Shown: positions 11,390 through 23,035 of the stretch, piece by piece
How positions within the stretch are numbered: the first letter of the stretch is position 1
How the letters are laid out: each line of letters starts with the position of its first letter
Origin: an uncultured candidate division Zixibacteria bacterium
Lineage (GTDB): Bacteria > Zixibacteria > MSB-5A5 > UBA10806 > 4484-95
Length of the DNA stretch: 64,000 bases
NCBI GenBank assembly: GCA_963668625.2
Contig: CAXXKA010000001.1
Location: 224,001 to 288,000, forward strand
Direction: 5' to 3'
Translations under genes and position numbers: made by a program
The notes under the pieces: model-generated
What the model saw: the letters and a program-made list of their open reading frames with translations, nothing else
What the model was told of the DNA's origin: nothing
Database searches by the model: none

Positions 11390-12735
11390 TTTTTCGATCC
11401 CGCGAACAACTGCATTATAAGGTCCATGCCCTCCACCGTGGTGCGCTTGTTAACCACGTAAGTGAGGTAAAAACCGAAAATGCCAATAACGATATTCGGT
11501 AACCACATCGAAAGCGCTCCCGAAAGGTACATCCTGTCGGCAAGCTCCTCGCCGCCTATGAGAAAAGCCCAGTATATGATGAAGAAGAATAGCGACAATC
11601 CGATACTGGTAGCCATACCACCCTTACGGGTCATCACCCCCAGAGGCGCGCCGATGAGTACGAATACTATACAGGCGACCGGGATCGAGAATTTTTTGTG
11701 TATCTCTACGCTTCTCGAATTGACCTGCTTTTCGTAAGTTTTGTGGTTTCGCTGCTCGTATTCTATCTTACTGATTAAATTCTCCAGCTTCGTGATTTCC
11801 TCGATCAGCCCGCCATATACTGATTGAGATCGCTTGTTTTCTTCAACCTCGTTACTGACATTTAAAAGAGTTTCTATATCGGAATTAACCACACTATCGA
11901 TTTTAGCTAATGTGCTGTCGGCTTTTCTCTGGTATTTGCGGTTATACTCCAGCATCATTCCGACTGACATCTCCCTATCGCCGCGCGAACCCTCGGACGA
12001 CCTGACAAGCTCGTTCGACTTTCCCTCTATTGTCATTGTCTGTTTCTTGAAATGTACGCGGCGATAACGCTCGATATCTTCGGGATCGGGCTCGTGTATT
12101 TCCCCGTCGTACAAATCCAGCACCAGCCGCGAGCCATCCGGGGAGAACCTTATCTCGCCGGTCTTTGCCGTGATAGTCCTGGGTGTTTGGGGATCTTTAT
12201 GTTCGAGAATCGTAACATCGCCGATTTCGTTGGTTTCGTTATTCACCTTTCGCACGAGTATGTGGTAGCCGTCGAAGTAATCCAGAAATATGTTTTCCTC
12301 GATACTCCAGGTAGGCTTTTTGCGAGTGATGTCGGACATCAGGAGACGCGCGCGATGATTTGATTCGGGCAGGATTCTATCGTTAAATAGCATCAGAATA
12401 GCGGCTAAAATCATGCCGAATAGTATCCCCGGTTTCATCAGGTTGATAAGCGATACACCGCAGGCTTTGAAAGCTATTACCTCGCTATCCGAGGAGAGAC
12501 GGCCATAGCCCATCAAAGCGGCAATCAGCACCGCCATCGGTACCGAAAGTGCCAGCATCCAGGCTAAGCTGAGCGCGAACACCTCTAGTACTACATTGGC
12601 CGGTAATCCCTTGTTGATTATCTTCTTGAGCACATCGAGGATGAAATCCATCAACAACACGAATGTGATAACTCCCAGGCCGAAAAAAAACGGCCCGACC
12701 AGTTCCTTTATCACGTATTTCCAGATAATTTTCAT
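11386..12735 (-). CDS. lptF: LPS export ABC permease LptF-like
   Basis: YGRLSSDSEVIAFKACGVS, EIHKKFSIP, WLPN; start placed at ATG 12735. Confidence 0.87.
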   Translation of the reverse strand: MKIIWKYVIKELVGPFFFGLGVITFVLLMDFILDVLKKIINKGLPANVVLEVFALSLAWMLALSVPMAVLIAALMGYGRLSSDSEVIAFKACGVSLINLMKPGILFGMILAAILMLFNDRILPESNHRARLLMSDITRKKPTWSIEENIFLDYFDGYHILVRKVNNETNEIGDVTILEHKDPQTPRTITAKTGEIRFSPDGSRLVLDLYDGEIHEPDPEDIERYRRVHFKKQTMTIEGKSNELVRSSEGSRGDREMSVGMMLEYNRKYQRKADSTLAKIDSVVNSDIETLLNVSNEVEENKRSQSVYGGLIEEITKLENLISKIEYEQRNHKTYEKQVNSRSVEIHKKFSIPVACIVFVLIGAPLGVMTRKGGMATSIGLSLFFFIIYWAFLIGGEELADRMYLSGALSMWLPNIVIGIFGFYLTYVVNKRTTVEGMDLIMQLFAGSKK

Positions 12736-12742
12736 CCCTGCC

Positions 12743-12771
12743 ATTATATCGGAAGCCTTACTTTTTAACAA
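12743..12771 (-). promoter_or_regulatory. Sigma70-type promoter for lptFG (probably leaderless)
   Basis: Minus strand TTGTTA-N17-TATAAT, then 7 nt, then ATG 12735. Confidence 0.6.
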
Positions 12772-12889
12772 GGGCTTTCTATCTCTCGTTTTATGATTTA
12801 TAGGCCTATTTTTGAAAAATGTTTTGTTTTTTAGCGCTTTTTTTTGTATGTCTTTAATGAGTTACTAATCATTGAATAGGGGCCACTAT

Positions 12890-13855
12890 ATGAAACAGAC
12901 ATGGATCGAGGAGTTAAGGCCGGGTACGGATGTTAAAGAAAAATTCGTTGTACGGAAAATAGAGGTAAGAGAATACAGCGGTAAAAAATACTTGAGCCTC
13001 GAGTTCGGCGATAAATCCGGACGTATTGGCGGCGTATGCTGGGAGGCCGCCGATGAGTATCATCGTACGATTAAAAACGGCAATGTTGTAACAGTCGAGG
13101 GTAATGTTGGAACATACCGGGAGATGCCGCAAATAACGGTTGTGGCAATGACCCGGGTTGCCCAGAAAGACTACGACCCGCTGGATTATTTACCCCGGGG
13201 GCCGCATGATCCTAACCTGATAATAAAGGAGATCGACCAGATAATCGATGAGGTGCAGGATATACATTTTAAAAGCCTGTTAACCGAGGTATTCAATGAT
13301 GGTATACTGAGGCGGCAGTTTATTTTCTCGCCGGCCGCTAAACTCTGGCATCACTCGTATGTCGGCGGTCTGGCGGAGCATACGTTGAATGTAACCAAAC
13401 TATGTATTATGGTTTGCGAGGTATATAATAATAACGATATCGATAAAGACTTACTAATAGCCGGGGGGCTGTTGCACGATATCGGCAAAGCGGAAACCTA
13501 CTCATTAGACAATTTCTTCGATTACACCGATGACGGCCGCCTGCTGGGCCATATCGTAATTGCTGACCGACTGATCAGCAACAAGATAGCGAGGTTAAGC
13601 GGATTTCCCAAAACCAAACAGAAGTTGATAAGACACCTGGTGCTATCTCATCAAGGAGAATACGAACAGGCATCTCCGGTCTTGCCTCAGACCCTCGAGT
13701 CTAATATATTGTATGTTCTTGATCTTCTGGACTCGCGAGTGGGGGGCATCCTCAAGGTGATGCAAAAATCCAGACAACCGGGACAAAGATGGTCGGGATA
13801 TGTGAAATTGTTAGAGAGGTATTTGTACTTTGGAGACAACCCGAAAGAGGATTAG
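12890..13855 (+). CDS. yhaM: 3'-5' exoribonuclease YhaM-like (OB fold + HD domain)
   Basis: N-terminal OB fold, PAAKLWHHSYVGGLAEHT, LLHDIGK, GRLLGHI. Confidence 0.85.
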   Translation: MKQTWIEELRPGTDVKEKFVVRKIEVREYSGKKYLSLEFGDKSGRIGGVCWEAADEYHRTIKNGNVVTVEGNVGTYREMPQITVVAMTRVAQKDYDPLDYLPRGPHDPNLIIKEIDQIIDEVQDIHFKSLLTEVFNDGILRRQFIFSPAAKLWHHSYVGGLAEHTLNVTKLCIMVCEVYNNNDIDKDLLIAGGLLHDIGKAETYSLDNFFDYTDDGRLLGHIVIADRLISNKIARLSGFPKTKQKLIRHLVLSHQGEYEQASPVLPQTLESNILYVLDLLDSRVGGILKVMQKSRQPGQRWSGYVKLLERYLYFGDNPKED

Positions 13856-15558
<1,703 letters not shown>

Positions 15559-15632
15559 CCTGTTCGGTGAAGATGTTATGATTAAAGAGCTTGAAACGGG
15601 TTTCGGGCAAGCCGGTTAATCGGGCATGATCG

Positions 15633-15660
15633 AGAACTATTTGAGCTTCTCCGATGTTAT
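15633..15660 (+). promoter_or_regulatory. Putative ECF-sigma promoter upstream of yajC-def-fmt
   Basis: AGAACT-N17-GTTAT, same spacing as sites before trxA and ccdA. Confidence 0.4.
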
Positions 15661-15763
15661 ATTCAGACAGAAATAGGTAAATGTATTGAAAATTGACTTG
15701 TTTGTTGGGCTGTTTTGTGTTAATTATTAGGCCTTGATGGAAATTAAAAAGAAAGGTGATTGA

Positions 15764-16072
15764 ATGCAATTTTTGTTGTTAATGGCTCAACCCGAGGGCG
15801 GGGGCGGCGGTAATCCTCTTACTATGTTATTACCGTTCGTGCTTATTTTCGTTATTTTCTACTTTTTCATGATTCGCCCTCAACAGAAAAAGCAAAAAGA
15901 GCATCAAGCCATGATTACATCACTTAAAAAAGGTGATAAAGTTGTAACCAGTGGCGGGATGTTCGGCACTATCTGGGGAATCGACGAGAAAGAAAATAAA
16001 GTAGTCTTGAAAGTCGGCGATGATGTTAAAATCGAGTATTTAAAAAGCTCAATAGCAGGTAAGGTGAATTAG
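15764..16072 (+). CDS. yajC: Preprotein translocase subunit YajC
   Basis: TM then FYFFMIRPQQKKQKEH, LKKGDKVVTSGG; follows tgt. Confidence 0.96.
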   Translation: MQFLLLMAQPEGGGGGNPLTMLLPFVLIFVIFYFFMIRPQQKKQKEHQAMITSLKKGDKVVTSGGMFGTIWGIDEKENKVVLKVGDDVKIEYLKSSIAGKVN

Positions 16073-16073
16073 T

Positions 16074-16592
16074 ATCAGCAAGATTATTCCTATCAGGATT
16101 TACGGTGATGATGTACTCCGGGAGGTCTCGGAGGAGATCGAAAATATAGATGGTGAATTAGTCGACTTGATGAAAGCGACTATTTATACGATGCAAGATA
16201 ACAAGGGTTTGGGGCTGGCCGCCAATCAGGTGGGTATACAAAAACGCTTTTTTGCTATCGATATGTCTTATTTCGATGTTGTCAAGCCACCGATGGTTAT
16301 CGTAAATCCTAAAATCACGGAGCTTTCGGATAACAATATTTTTGGCGAGGAAGGGTGTTTGTCGTTTCCAGGATTATTCCAGGAAATTGAGCGCCCCGAC
16401 AGGGCCATAGTGCAGGGGCTTGATATCGATGGTAACGAGATCACTATCGAGGCAAATGGTTTCGTTGCCCGGGTTATGCAGCACGAGTTCGACCATTTAA
16501 ACGGCAAACTTTTTATCGATCATTTATCCAAAATAAAAAGAAGCTTGATTCGCGGTAAACTGAAGAAGATCAAGGCCGGTGAGTCGGTGTAA
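16074..16592 (+). CDS. def: Peptide deformylase (probable ATC start at 16074)
   Basis: GLGLAANQ, EGCLS, HEFDH; conserved IRIYGD.VLR N-terminus lies upstream of the first canonical start (16167). Confidence 0.93.
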   Translation: MSKIIPIRIYGDDVLREVSEEIENIDGELVDLMKATIYTMQDNKGLGLAANQVGIQKRFFAIDMSYFDVVKPPMVIVNPKITELSDNNIFGEEGCLSFPGLFQEIERPDRAIVQGLDIDGNEITIEANGFVARVMQHEFDHLNGKLFIDHLSKIKRSLIRGKLKKIKAGESV

Positions 16593-17521
16593 TGCGATTG
16601 ATATTTATGGGTACGCCCGAGTTCGCTATCAAATCTCTTGAAACGCTTCATCGATCCAAACATGATATCGTTGCAGTAGTTACTGCTCCGGATAAACCGC
16701 GTGGCAGGGGACGGAAAATTATGCCGACCGCTGTAAAAAAAGCGGCTCTGGAGATGGGATTACCCGTTCTGCAGCCGTCAAACCTGAAATCTCAGAAATT
16801 CGTAGACGAGTTGAAGGATTTGAATCCAGATTTAAATGTAGTAGTTGCTTTTAGGATTTTACCGGAGGTTGTTTTTAAATTGCCCAAATATGGTTCAGTG
16901 AACCTTCATGGCTCCTTGCTGCCGAAATACAGAGGAGCGGCGCCGATCAATTGGGCGATTATAAATGGTGAAAAAACTACCGGCGTGACAACCTTTCTGC
17001 TGGATAAGAAAGTCGATACGGGAGCTATTTTGCTGCAGAAAAGCGTTGATATCAGTGCTGTGGATGATGCCGGAACTATCCACGATAAGCTCATGGATAT
17101 CGGCGCGGAATTACTACTGAAAACAGTTGATGGCATCGATGATGGTTCATTAAAACCGGCGACTCAAAACGATATTGAGGCATCACCAGCGCCAAAATTA
17201 ACCCCTGAGACAGGGAAAATTAACTGGAGTGAAAACTCCGAAAAACTTTTTAACCTTATCCGCGGGCTTTCGCCATACCCCGGGGCTTATGGTTATTTAA
17301 AATCTAAGAAGATAATAATACTCAAGTGTGATATAATAGGTGCGGATAATAATAAAAGACACGGTGAAATCATTGAGTCGGATCAGAAAACAGGAATTAC
17401 CGTGGCTTGTGGCGAAGGTGCGCTGAAAATTATTACACTTAAACCCCAGGGCAAGACTGAAATGGGTTCGGCCGAGTATGTAAGAGGCTATCATGTCGAA
17501 GTTGGAGACAGGTTCGAGTAG
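16592..17521 (+). CDS. fmt: Methionyl-tRNA formyltransferase
   Basis: FMGTPEFA, PDKPRGRG, NLHGSLLPKYRGAAPI. Confidence 0.97.
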   Translation: MRLIFMGTPEFAIKSLETLHRSKHDIVAVVTAPDKPRGRGRKIMPTAVKKAALEMGLPVLQPSNLKSQKFVDELKDLNPDLNVVVAFRILPEVVFKLPKYGSVNLHGSLLPKYRGAAPINWAIINGEKTTGVTTFLLDKKVDTGAILLQKSVDISAVDDAGTIHDKLMDIGAELLLKTVDGIDDGSLKPATQNDIEASPAPKLTPETGKINWSENSEKLFNLIRGLSPYPGAYGYLKSKKIIILKCDIIGADNNKRHGEIIESDQKTGITVACGEGALKIITLKPQGKTEMGSAEYVRGYHVEVGDRFE

Positions 17522-19082
17522 CAACGGAAAATTAGAAAAAGAAATATATGTAAATGTAACCGAGCATGAAACTCGAATTGCTATAAAAGAAGAAGGCAAA
17601 TTAGTCGAGCTTTATGTGGAACGTCCCGAACAGGAGCGCATAGTCGGTGATATTTACAAAGGCAGGGTTACTGCGGTATTGCCGGGTATTCAAGCCGCTT
17701 TCGTGGATATCGGCCTGGAGAAAGCGGGTTTCCTGCATTTCTCCGATATGTCCGACCATCGAGGCGAATCCGGTATACTTTCGGGTTTGGATGTGTTCGA
17801 TGAGGATGGCGAGGAGATTCCCCAGCGCACCAAGTACAGCAAGAAAACCTCTATAGCGACGGTACTCAAGAAAGATCAGGAGTTGCTGGTGCAGGTTATC
17901 AAAGAGCCGATCACCACCAAAGGCCCGAGATTGACTACCGAGATATCGCTGCCGGGGCGTTATATCGTGATGTTACCGGGCGCTCGTCATATAGGAGTTT
18001 CACGCAAGATATCCTCGTGGAACGAGAAGAAACGATTGAGGAAAACAGCCGGGGAATTTTTACCGGAAAATTTCGGTATGATTATCCGCACTGTAGCAGA
18101 GGGCAGAGATCGCAAGGATTTTGCCGCCGATACGAAACTTCTGACAAAAATGTGGAAGAAAATGAAGCGTAAGGTCGATAGCGCCGAGGTACCATCCCTG
18201 GTACATAAAGATATCGAGCCTACCACCGGCGTCATCCGCGATCTGTTCACTCCCGATGTTTCAAAGGTCGTTATCGATGATAAAAAAGAGTATCGTAAGT
18301 TCTTGTCATACCTGAAAGAGGTCGCGCCTAATCTCAGGAGCCGGGTGGAGCTGTTCAAAGGTGGCAAGCCGCTTTTGGATGAATACGAGATCGAGCCGGA
18401 GATCGAGAAGATGTTCTCCCGTAAAGTCTGGCTCAAGCGCGGCGGCTATATAGTAATAGACCAGACCGAAGCGCTGGTAACGGTCGATGTCAACACCGGC
18501 AGGTTTACCGGCAAGGCCAGGGTGGAGGATGCCATATTCGAAACCAATATCCACGCCGCCCGGGAGATTGCCCGCCAGATAAGATTACGCGATATCGGAG
18601 GTATCCTTATTCTGGATTTCATCGATATGGAGAATAAAGAGCATCGCCGGAAGGTATTCGAGGAGTTCAAAAACGCCTTAAAACGCGACCGCTCTCAGAC
18701 TTATATATCATCAATCTCTGATCTCGGCCTAATCGAGATGACCCGTCAGAGAATTAGGCCATCATTCATGTACACTTTATCCGATCCCTGTCCGGTATGC
18801 TCGGGTGTCGGTAGGGTGCTCTCGAAAGAGTCGGTAGCCATGAAAGTCGAGAGATGGTTCAAACGGGCGACTGCAGCCAGCGGCAAGGAGCATTATCAAC
18901 TGGTGGCCTCGCCCCAGGTGATAGATTTGCTGACCGATGGTATTGGCTCGAGAATTCAGAAAATGGAAAGACAGTTAAAATTAACTATAGATTTGATCCG
19001 CGATACATCCTTACACCCCGAGGAATTTCATGTGATAAATGCCAGGGATGAGCAGGATGTCACCGAGAAGTACAGGATTTAA
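17493..19082 (+). CDS. rng: Ribonuclease G/E family (RNase G-sized)
   Basis: VGDIYKGRV..VLPGIQAAFVDIG S1 domain, DVNTG, QIRLRDIGG, DFIDM, CPVC. Confidence 0.9.
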   Translation: MSKLETGSSSNGKLEKEIYVNVTEHETRIAIKEEGKLVELYVERPEQERIVGDIYKGRVTAVLPGIQAAFVDIGLEKAGFLHFSDMSDHRGESGILSGLDVFDEDGEEIPQRTKYSKKTSIATVLKKDQELLVQVIKEPITTKGPRLTTEISLPGRYIVMLPGARHIGVSRKISSWNEKKRLRKTAGEFLPENFGMIIRTVAEGRDRKDFAADTKLLTKMWKKMKRKVDSAEVPSLVHKDIEPTTGVIRDLFTPDVSKVVIDDKKEYRKFLSYLKEVAPNLRSRVELFKGGKPLLDEYEIEPEIEKMFSRKVWLKRGGYIVIDQTEALVTVDVNTGRFTGKARVEDAIFETNIHAAREIARQIRLRDIGGILILDFIDMENKEHRRKVFEEFKNALKRDRSQTYISSISDLGLIEMTRQRIRPSFMYTLSDPCPVCSGVGRVLSKESVAMKVERWFKRATAASGKEHYQLVASPQVIDLLTDGIGSRIQKMERQLKLTIDLIRDTSLHPEEFHVINARDEQDVTEKYRI

Positions 19083-19092
19083 CGAGGTAGTT

Positions 19093-19641
19093 ATGCCGCA
19101 GTACGATTACACACAACATTTGTTAGAGGTAGCCCGCTTGATGGAGCTTTCGGCCAGAACCGCGCCGAAATCGAAAGGCGAGGATTTCATAGAAATAAAG
19201 ATTCTTTCTGATAAGGATATTCCGAAGCTGGCATCGGCCATGCTCAAGTTCGGAGAGGATCGCAAGATGAAGGATTTCGATCGCGATTCCGATAATCTCA
19301 AAAGATCACAGGTCGTCATGCTAATAGGTGTTCATAAGGCCACGACCTTAGGATTAGACTGCGGCGCATGTGGTTTTGATACCTGTAAAGAACTGGAGAA
19401 TGCGGCCAAATCAGAATCGGATTTTCTCGGACCAAACTGCGCATTACGCCAGTTAGATTTCGGAATAGCTTTAGGTTCCGCTGTTAAAACCGCCCAGATG
19501 ATGAATGTGGATAACAGAATTATGTATCGGATCGGAGTTGTAGCCCGTGAGATGGAGCTGGTCGATTGGGATTTTGTTATGGGCATTCCGCTTTCTGCCT
19601 CCGGTAAAAATATCTTTTTTGACCGGGATAAGAAAAAATAG
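19093..19641 (+). CDS. DUF2148 / ferredoxin-domain protein
   Basis: ARTAPKSKG, LDCGACGFDTC, DFGIALGSA, DNRIMY, KNIFFDR. Confidence 0.8.
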   Translation: MPQYDYTQHLLEVARLMELSARTAPKSKGEDFIEIKILSDKDIPKLASAMLKFGEDRKMKDFDRDSDNLKRSQVVMLIGVHKATTLGLDCGACGFDTCKELENAAKSESDFLGPNCALRQLDFGIALGSAVKTAQMMNVDNRIMYRIGVVAREMELVDWDFVMGIPLSASGKNIFFDRDKKK

Positions 19642-19749
19642 CGCAACATTTTATAGTTTAGAGTGTTAAAAATTGTACTCGGATAGCCAAATGGCTTGAC
19701 CTGAGGCAATTTTGTATATATATATGCGATTTAACTTAAGGAGACGAAG

Positions 19750-20061
19750 ATGCGTGCAATAGTCGAAACAGGGGGAATGCAGTTCCCGGTAGAGGAAAAC
19801 GCTGTTATCCGCGTTCCCAAAATCAATACTGAAATCGGCCAGAAATTTGATTTCGATAAAGTTCTGCTCGTTAGCGGTAATGAATTATTTGCCGTTGGCA
19901 AACCGTACGTTGATGGCGCTACCGTGTCGGCTGAGATAGTTTCTCACGGCAAGGGCGAGAAAGTCATCGTATTCAAATTCAAGAGACGTAGAAAATACCG
20001 TAAAACAACCGGGCACAGACAGCAGTACACTGAAGTCAAAATCTTGAAAATTTCAGCGTAA
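19750..20061 (+). CDS. rplU: 50S ribosomal protein L21
   Basis: MRAIVETGGMQF, VGKPYV, FKFKRRRKYRKTTGHRQ.YT. Confidence 0.97.
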   Translation: MRAIVETGGMQFPVEENAVIRVPKINTEIGQKFDFDKVLLVSGNELFAVGKPYVDGATVSAEIVSHGKGEKVIVFKFKRRRKYRKTTGHRQQYTEVKILKISA

Positions 20062-20063
20062 TT

Positions 20064-22502
20064 ATGCGAATAGCCGGATTAGTATCTATAGTGATTCTAT
20101 TATTGTCGGTATTCGCATATGCGAATATTGATGATTATTACGGTGAAACCATCCTTTCGGTAAGGCTTTCGGAAACGACTGCCGCTGATAGCTTTCTGGT
20201 ATACAATAGCTCTGGGCTTATACCCGGTAATACTCTTACCGCCGGTAAGGTACAGGATGCAGTAAAGAAAATATTCGCCCTCGGGCTTTTTTCCGATGTC
20301 AGTATTTTAGCGGAAAAGGGTTCTCGCGGGGTTGATATATTAATCGAGGTCCAATCCTATCCTCGTATTTCTAAAATCAAGTTTCGCGGCAACGACAAAA
20401 TCAAATCCAAGAAACTCAGAAAAGAAATTACGGTTAGCGATGGGAGAATTGTCTCGCCCGGCGTTATTAAAAGTAATACCGAACTTATAGAGCGAATCTA
20501 CGAGGATAAAGGCTATCTCAACGCCCGGGTGGAAACAGAAATTACACCCGATGATAAAGAGCCTGAAAAAGCTATCCTGACTTTTAAAATCAAAGAGGGT
20601 CGCAAAGTTAAAATACGGCGGGTGGCTTTTATCAACAACCGTGCTTTCACCGATAAGAAGCTACGCTCTAAAATATCCACCAAGCAGAAATCGCTTTTCA
20701 GATCCGGCAATTTCGATAGGGAAAAATTCCGCGAAGACAAGCAGAAAATTATCGATTTCTATAAAGAAAAAGGCTATATCGACGCTGTTATAACCTCCGA
20801 CAGTATTCTCTACGGCAATCAGGAGACTATGAGGTTCAGGGAATTCTCGGCGGTGCCCGGTGATAATGCCAAGGATATGTATGTTAAGTTCTATGTCGAT
20901 GAGGGTGAGCAATACTATTTCGGTAAATTTAGCTGGGAAGGTAACGAATTATTCAAAGATAGCAAGTTATCCTCGATTTTCAAAGTTAAAGAGGGTGATA
21001 TATACAGCCAGAAAAAATATGATGATATGCTGTTTAAGCTCTACGAACTCTACCAGGATGAGGGCTACTGGTACGTTCAAATAGATGAGCAAAAGAATCC
21101 TCGCGAGCAAACTCTCGATGTTCATTTCAACATTATAGAAGGCAGTCCGGTTTACGTACGCCTGGTCAATATCGAGGGTAACACCAAAACCAAAGATAAA
21201 GTGATTCGTCGCGAGTTGAAAATCAAACCCAATTCGGTATTCAAAAGATCGGTACTCGGCAGGTCAATCCGCGAGGTGATGGTCTTGAATTTCTTTGGCA
21301 ATGTCACCCCCGATTGGAATATATTGGATAACGGTGATATCGACCTGATATTAAAAGTCGAGGAGAAGCCCACCGGCCAATTCCAACTGGGCGCGGGTTA
21401 CTCGGCGGCCGATAAGCTGGTTGGCACGCTTGGCCTGGGGATGCCCAATTTCATGGGCGGTGGTCAAACTGTCTCGTTCAATACCGAATTCGGCGCCAGG
21501 CGTACTACTTTCAGCGTTAGTTATTACGAACCCTGGCTTCTGGATACACCAACCTCATTAGGGACAAGTGTATATTACCAGGAACGCGATTACTATGATT
21601 ATTACGATGAAGGCAGGGCCGGTGGTAGTATCCGTCTGGGCCGCAGGCTTAACTGGCCGGATAACTATTTCAAGGTTTATTCCAGCTACAGCCTCGAAAA
21701 GACAGATTGTTTCAATTTCTCGAATGATTATAAAGAAGCGTATATCGATACTATTAGAAATTTTTACATTTTTGATGGTGATGACTCAACGTTGGTGGCT
21801 GCGGATACTTCCTATGGGGGGGGGCAGGTCGCTTTCGACTGGCCGCTCATATCATCGGTATTATCATTAACCTTAGAGCGCGATTCGAAAAATCTGGCGC
21901 AATTCGCTACGGCAGGTTCTGATATCTGGTGGACCGGCGAGTTAGGTGGCACATTCCTGGGCGGCTATTGGGATTACTTCAAACAGTCGGTTAATTCCGA
22001 ATTCTACTACACGCCATTCTGGAAACTGACATTTACCTTAAAAGCTAAATGGGGGTATATGTTTGGTATCTATAATAAAAATGCTGTGTCTTATTCCGAA
22101 AAGTACACTCCGGGCGGAACCGATCCCGATGGTATCGTTCGCGGTTATGATGATTCTAAAGTAGGGCCTTTATTAGTAGACGGTAGAAACAATGAATACC
22201 CTATCGGTGGCCGAAGTATGGCGGTTTACAATCTTGAACTCGTATTTCCGCTTGTCGAACAGCAGTTTTATCTCTTATTATTTACGGATGCCGGTAACGC
22301 CTGGCTTTCGGCCAAAGAATTAACGAGAAATTTTTACGATCCCTGGGAATTGAAGAAATCGGTTGGGTTCGGATTCAGGGTAGTGGCTCCCATGGTTGGT
22401 ATTATCGGATTCGATTTCGGAATACCATTCAATGATTATAATATTGATGGAAGTAAGAATAGAGGTCTTAAGCCGCATTTCCAAATAGGGCGAGGATTTT
22501 AA
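20064..22502 (+). CDS. bamA: Outer-membrane protein assembly factor BamA
   Basis: Signal peptide, POTRA repeats (GNTKTKDKVIRRE), VRGY motif, C-terminal Phe; upstream of skp-lpxD. Confidence 0.95.
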   Translation: MRIAGLVSIVILLLSVFAYANIDDYYGETILSVRLSETTAADSFLVYNSSGLIPGNTLTAGKVQDAVKKIFALGLFSDVSILAEKGSRGVDILIEVQSYPRISKIKFRGNDKIKSKKLRKEITVSDGRIVSPGVIKSNTELIERIYEDKGYLNARVETEITPDDKEPEKAILTFKIKEGRKVKIRRVAFINNRAFTDKKLRSKISTKQKSLFRSGNFDREKFREDKQKIIDFYKEKGYIDAVITSDSILYGNQETMRFREFSAVPGDNAKDMYVKFYVDEGEQYYFGKFSWEGNELFKDSKLSSIFKVKEGDIYSQKKYDDMLFKLYELYQDEGYWYVQIDEQKNPREQTLDVHFNIIEGSPVYVRLVNIEGNTKTKDKVIRRELKIKPNSVFKRSVLGRSIREVMVLNFFGNVTPDWNILDNGDIDLILKVEEKPTGQFQLGAGYSAADKLVGTLGLGMPNFMGGGQTVSFNTEFGARRTTFSVSYYEPWLLDTPTSLGTSVYYQERDYYDYYDEGRAGGSIRLGRRLNWPDNYFKVYSSYSLEKTDCFNFSNDYKEAYIDTIRNFYIFDGDDSTLVAADTSYGGGQVAFDWPLISSVLSLTLERDSKNLAQFATAGSDIWWTGELGGTFLGGYWDYFKQSVNSEFYYTPFWKLTFTLKAKWGYMFGIYNKNAVSYSEKYTPGGTDPDGIVRGYDDSKVGPLLVDGRNNEYPIGGRSMAVYNLELVFPLVEQQFYLLLFTDAGNAWLSAKELTRNFYDPWELKKSVGFGFRVVAPMVGIIGFDFGIPFNDYNIDGSKNRGLKPHFQIGRGF

Positions 22503-22516
22503 AGGAGAGTTAGAAA

Positions 22517-23035
22517 ATGCGTAACGCCGTTATAGTGTTTTTAATCATGATGTTTTGTTCGGTCGGCTTGTTGGCTGATGACGTTAAAATCGGTTATGTC
22601 GACTCACAACGGATTCGTGCCGAGTACCAGGCATTCCAGGAGGCTCAGGATAAGTTCGATAAGGATGTCGAAACCTGGGACGCGCAGGCACAGGAATTGA
22701 AAGGGCAAGTCGATCTGCTGACTGAAGAGTTGCAGGGGCAGTCGCTGATGCTTTCTCCCGAGAAGAAAAAGGAGAAAGAGGATTTCCTCAAGGCCAAACA
22801 GGATACGCTACAGCAGTTCATGGATGCCACTTACGGCCCCGGCGGAAAAGCCGAACGTCGCCTGGCAGAGCTTTCCAAGCCGGTCAGGGATAAAGTGCTC
22901 GAGGTAATCGAGGAGATATCTATCAAGAACGATTACTGGATCATTTTCGATTCGGGTACGACCAGTATTGCCTATGCCAAAAAGAGCCTGGATATCACCG
23001 ATGAGGTACTGGCCGAGCTTGCTGTTGAAGAATAA
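22517..23035 (+). CDS. skp: OmpH/Skp periplasmic chaperone
   Basis: Signal peptide, KIGYVDS, coiled coil, DITDEVL. Confidence 0.92.
   Translation: MRNAVIVFLIMMFCSVGLLADDVKIGYVDSQRIRAEYQAFQEAQDKFDKDVETWDAQAQELKGQVDLLTEELQGQSLMLSPEKKKEKEDFLKAKQDTLQQFMDATYGPGGKAERRLAELSKPVRDKVLEVIEEISIKNDYWIIFDSGTTSIAYAKKSLDITDEVLAELAVEE

Noticed and set aside
17493-17540. Non-canonical start for rng near LEKEIYVN
   Set aside because: An in-frame ATG at 17493 with a GAGG SD is available
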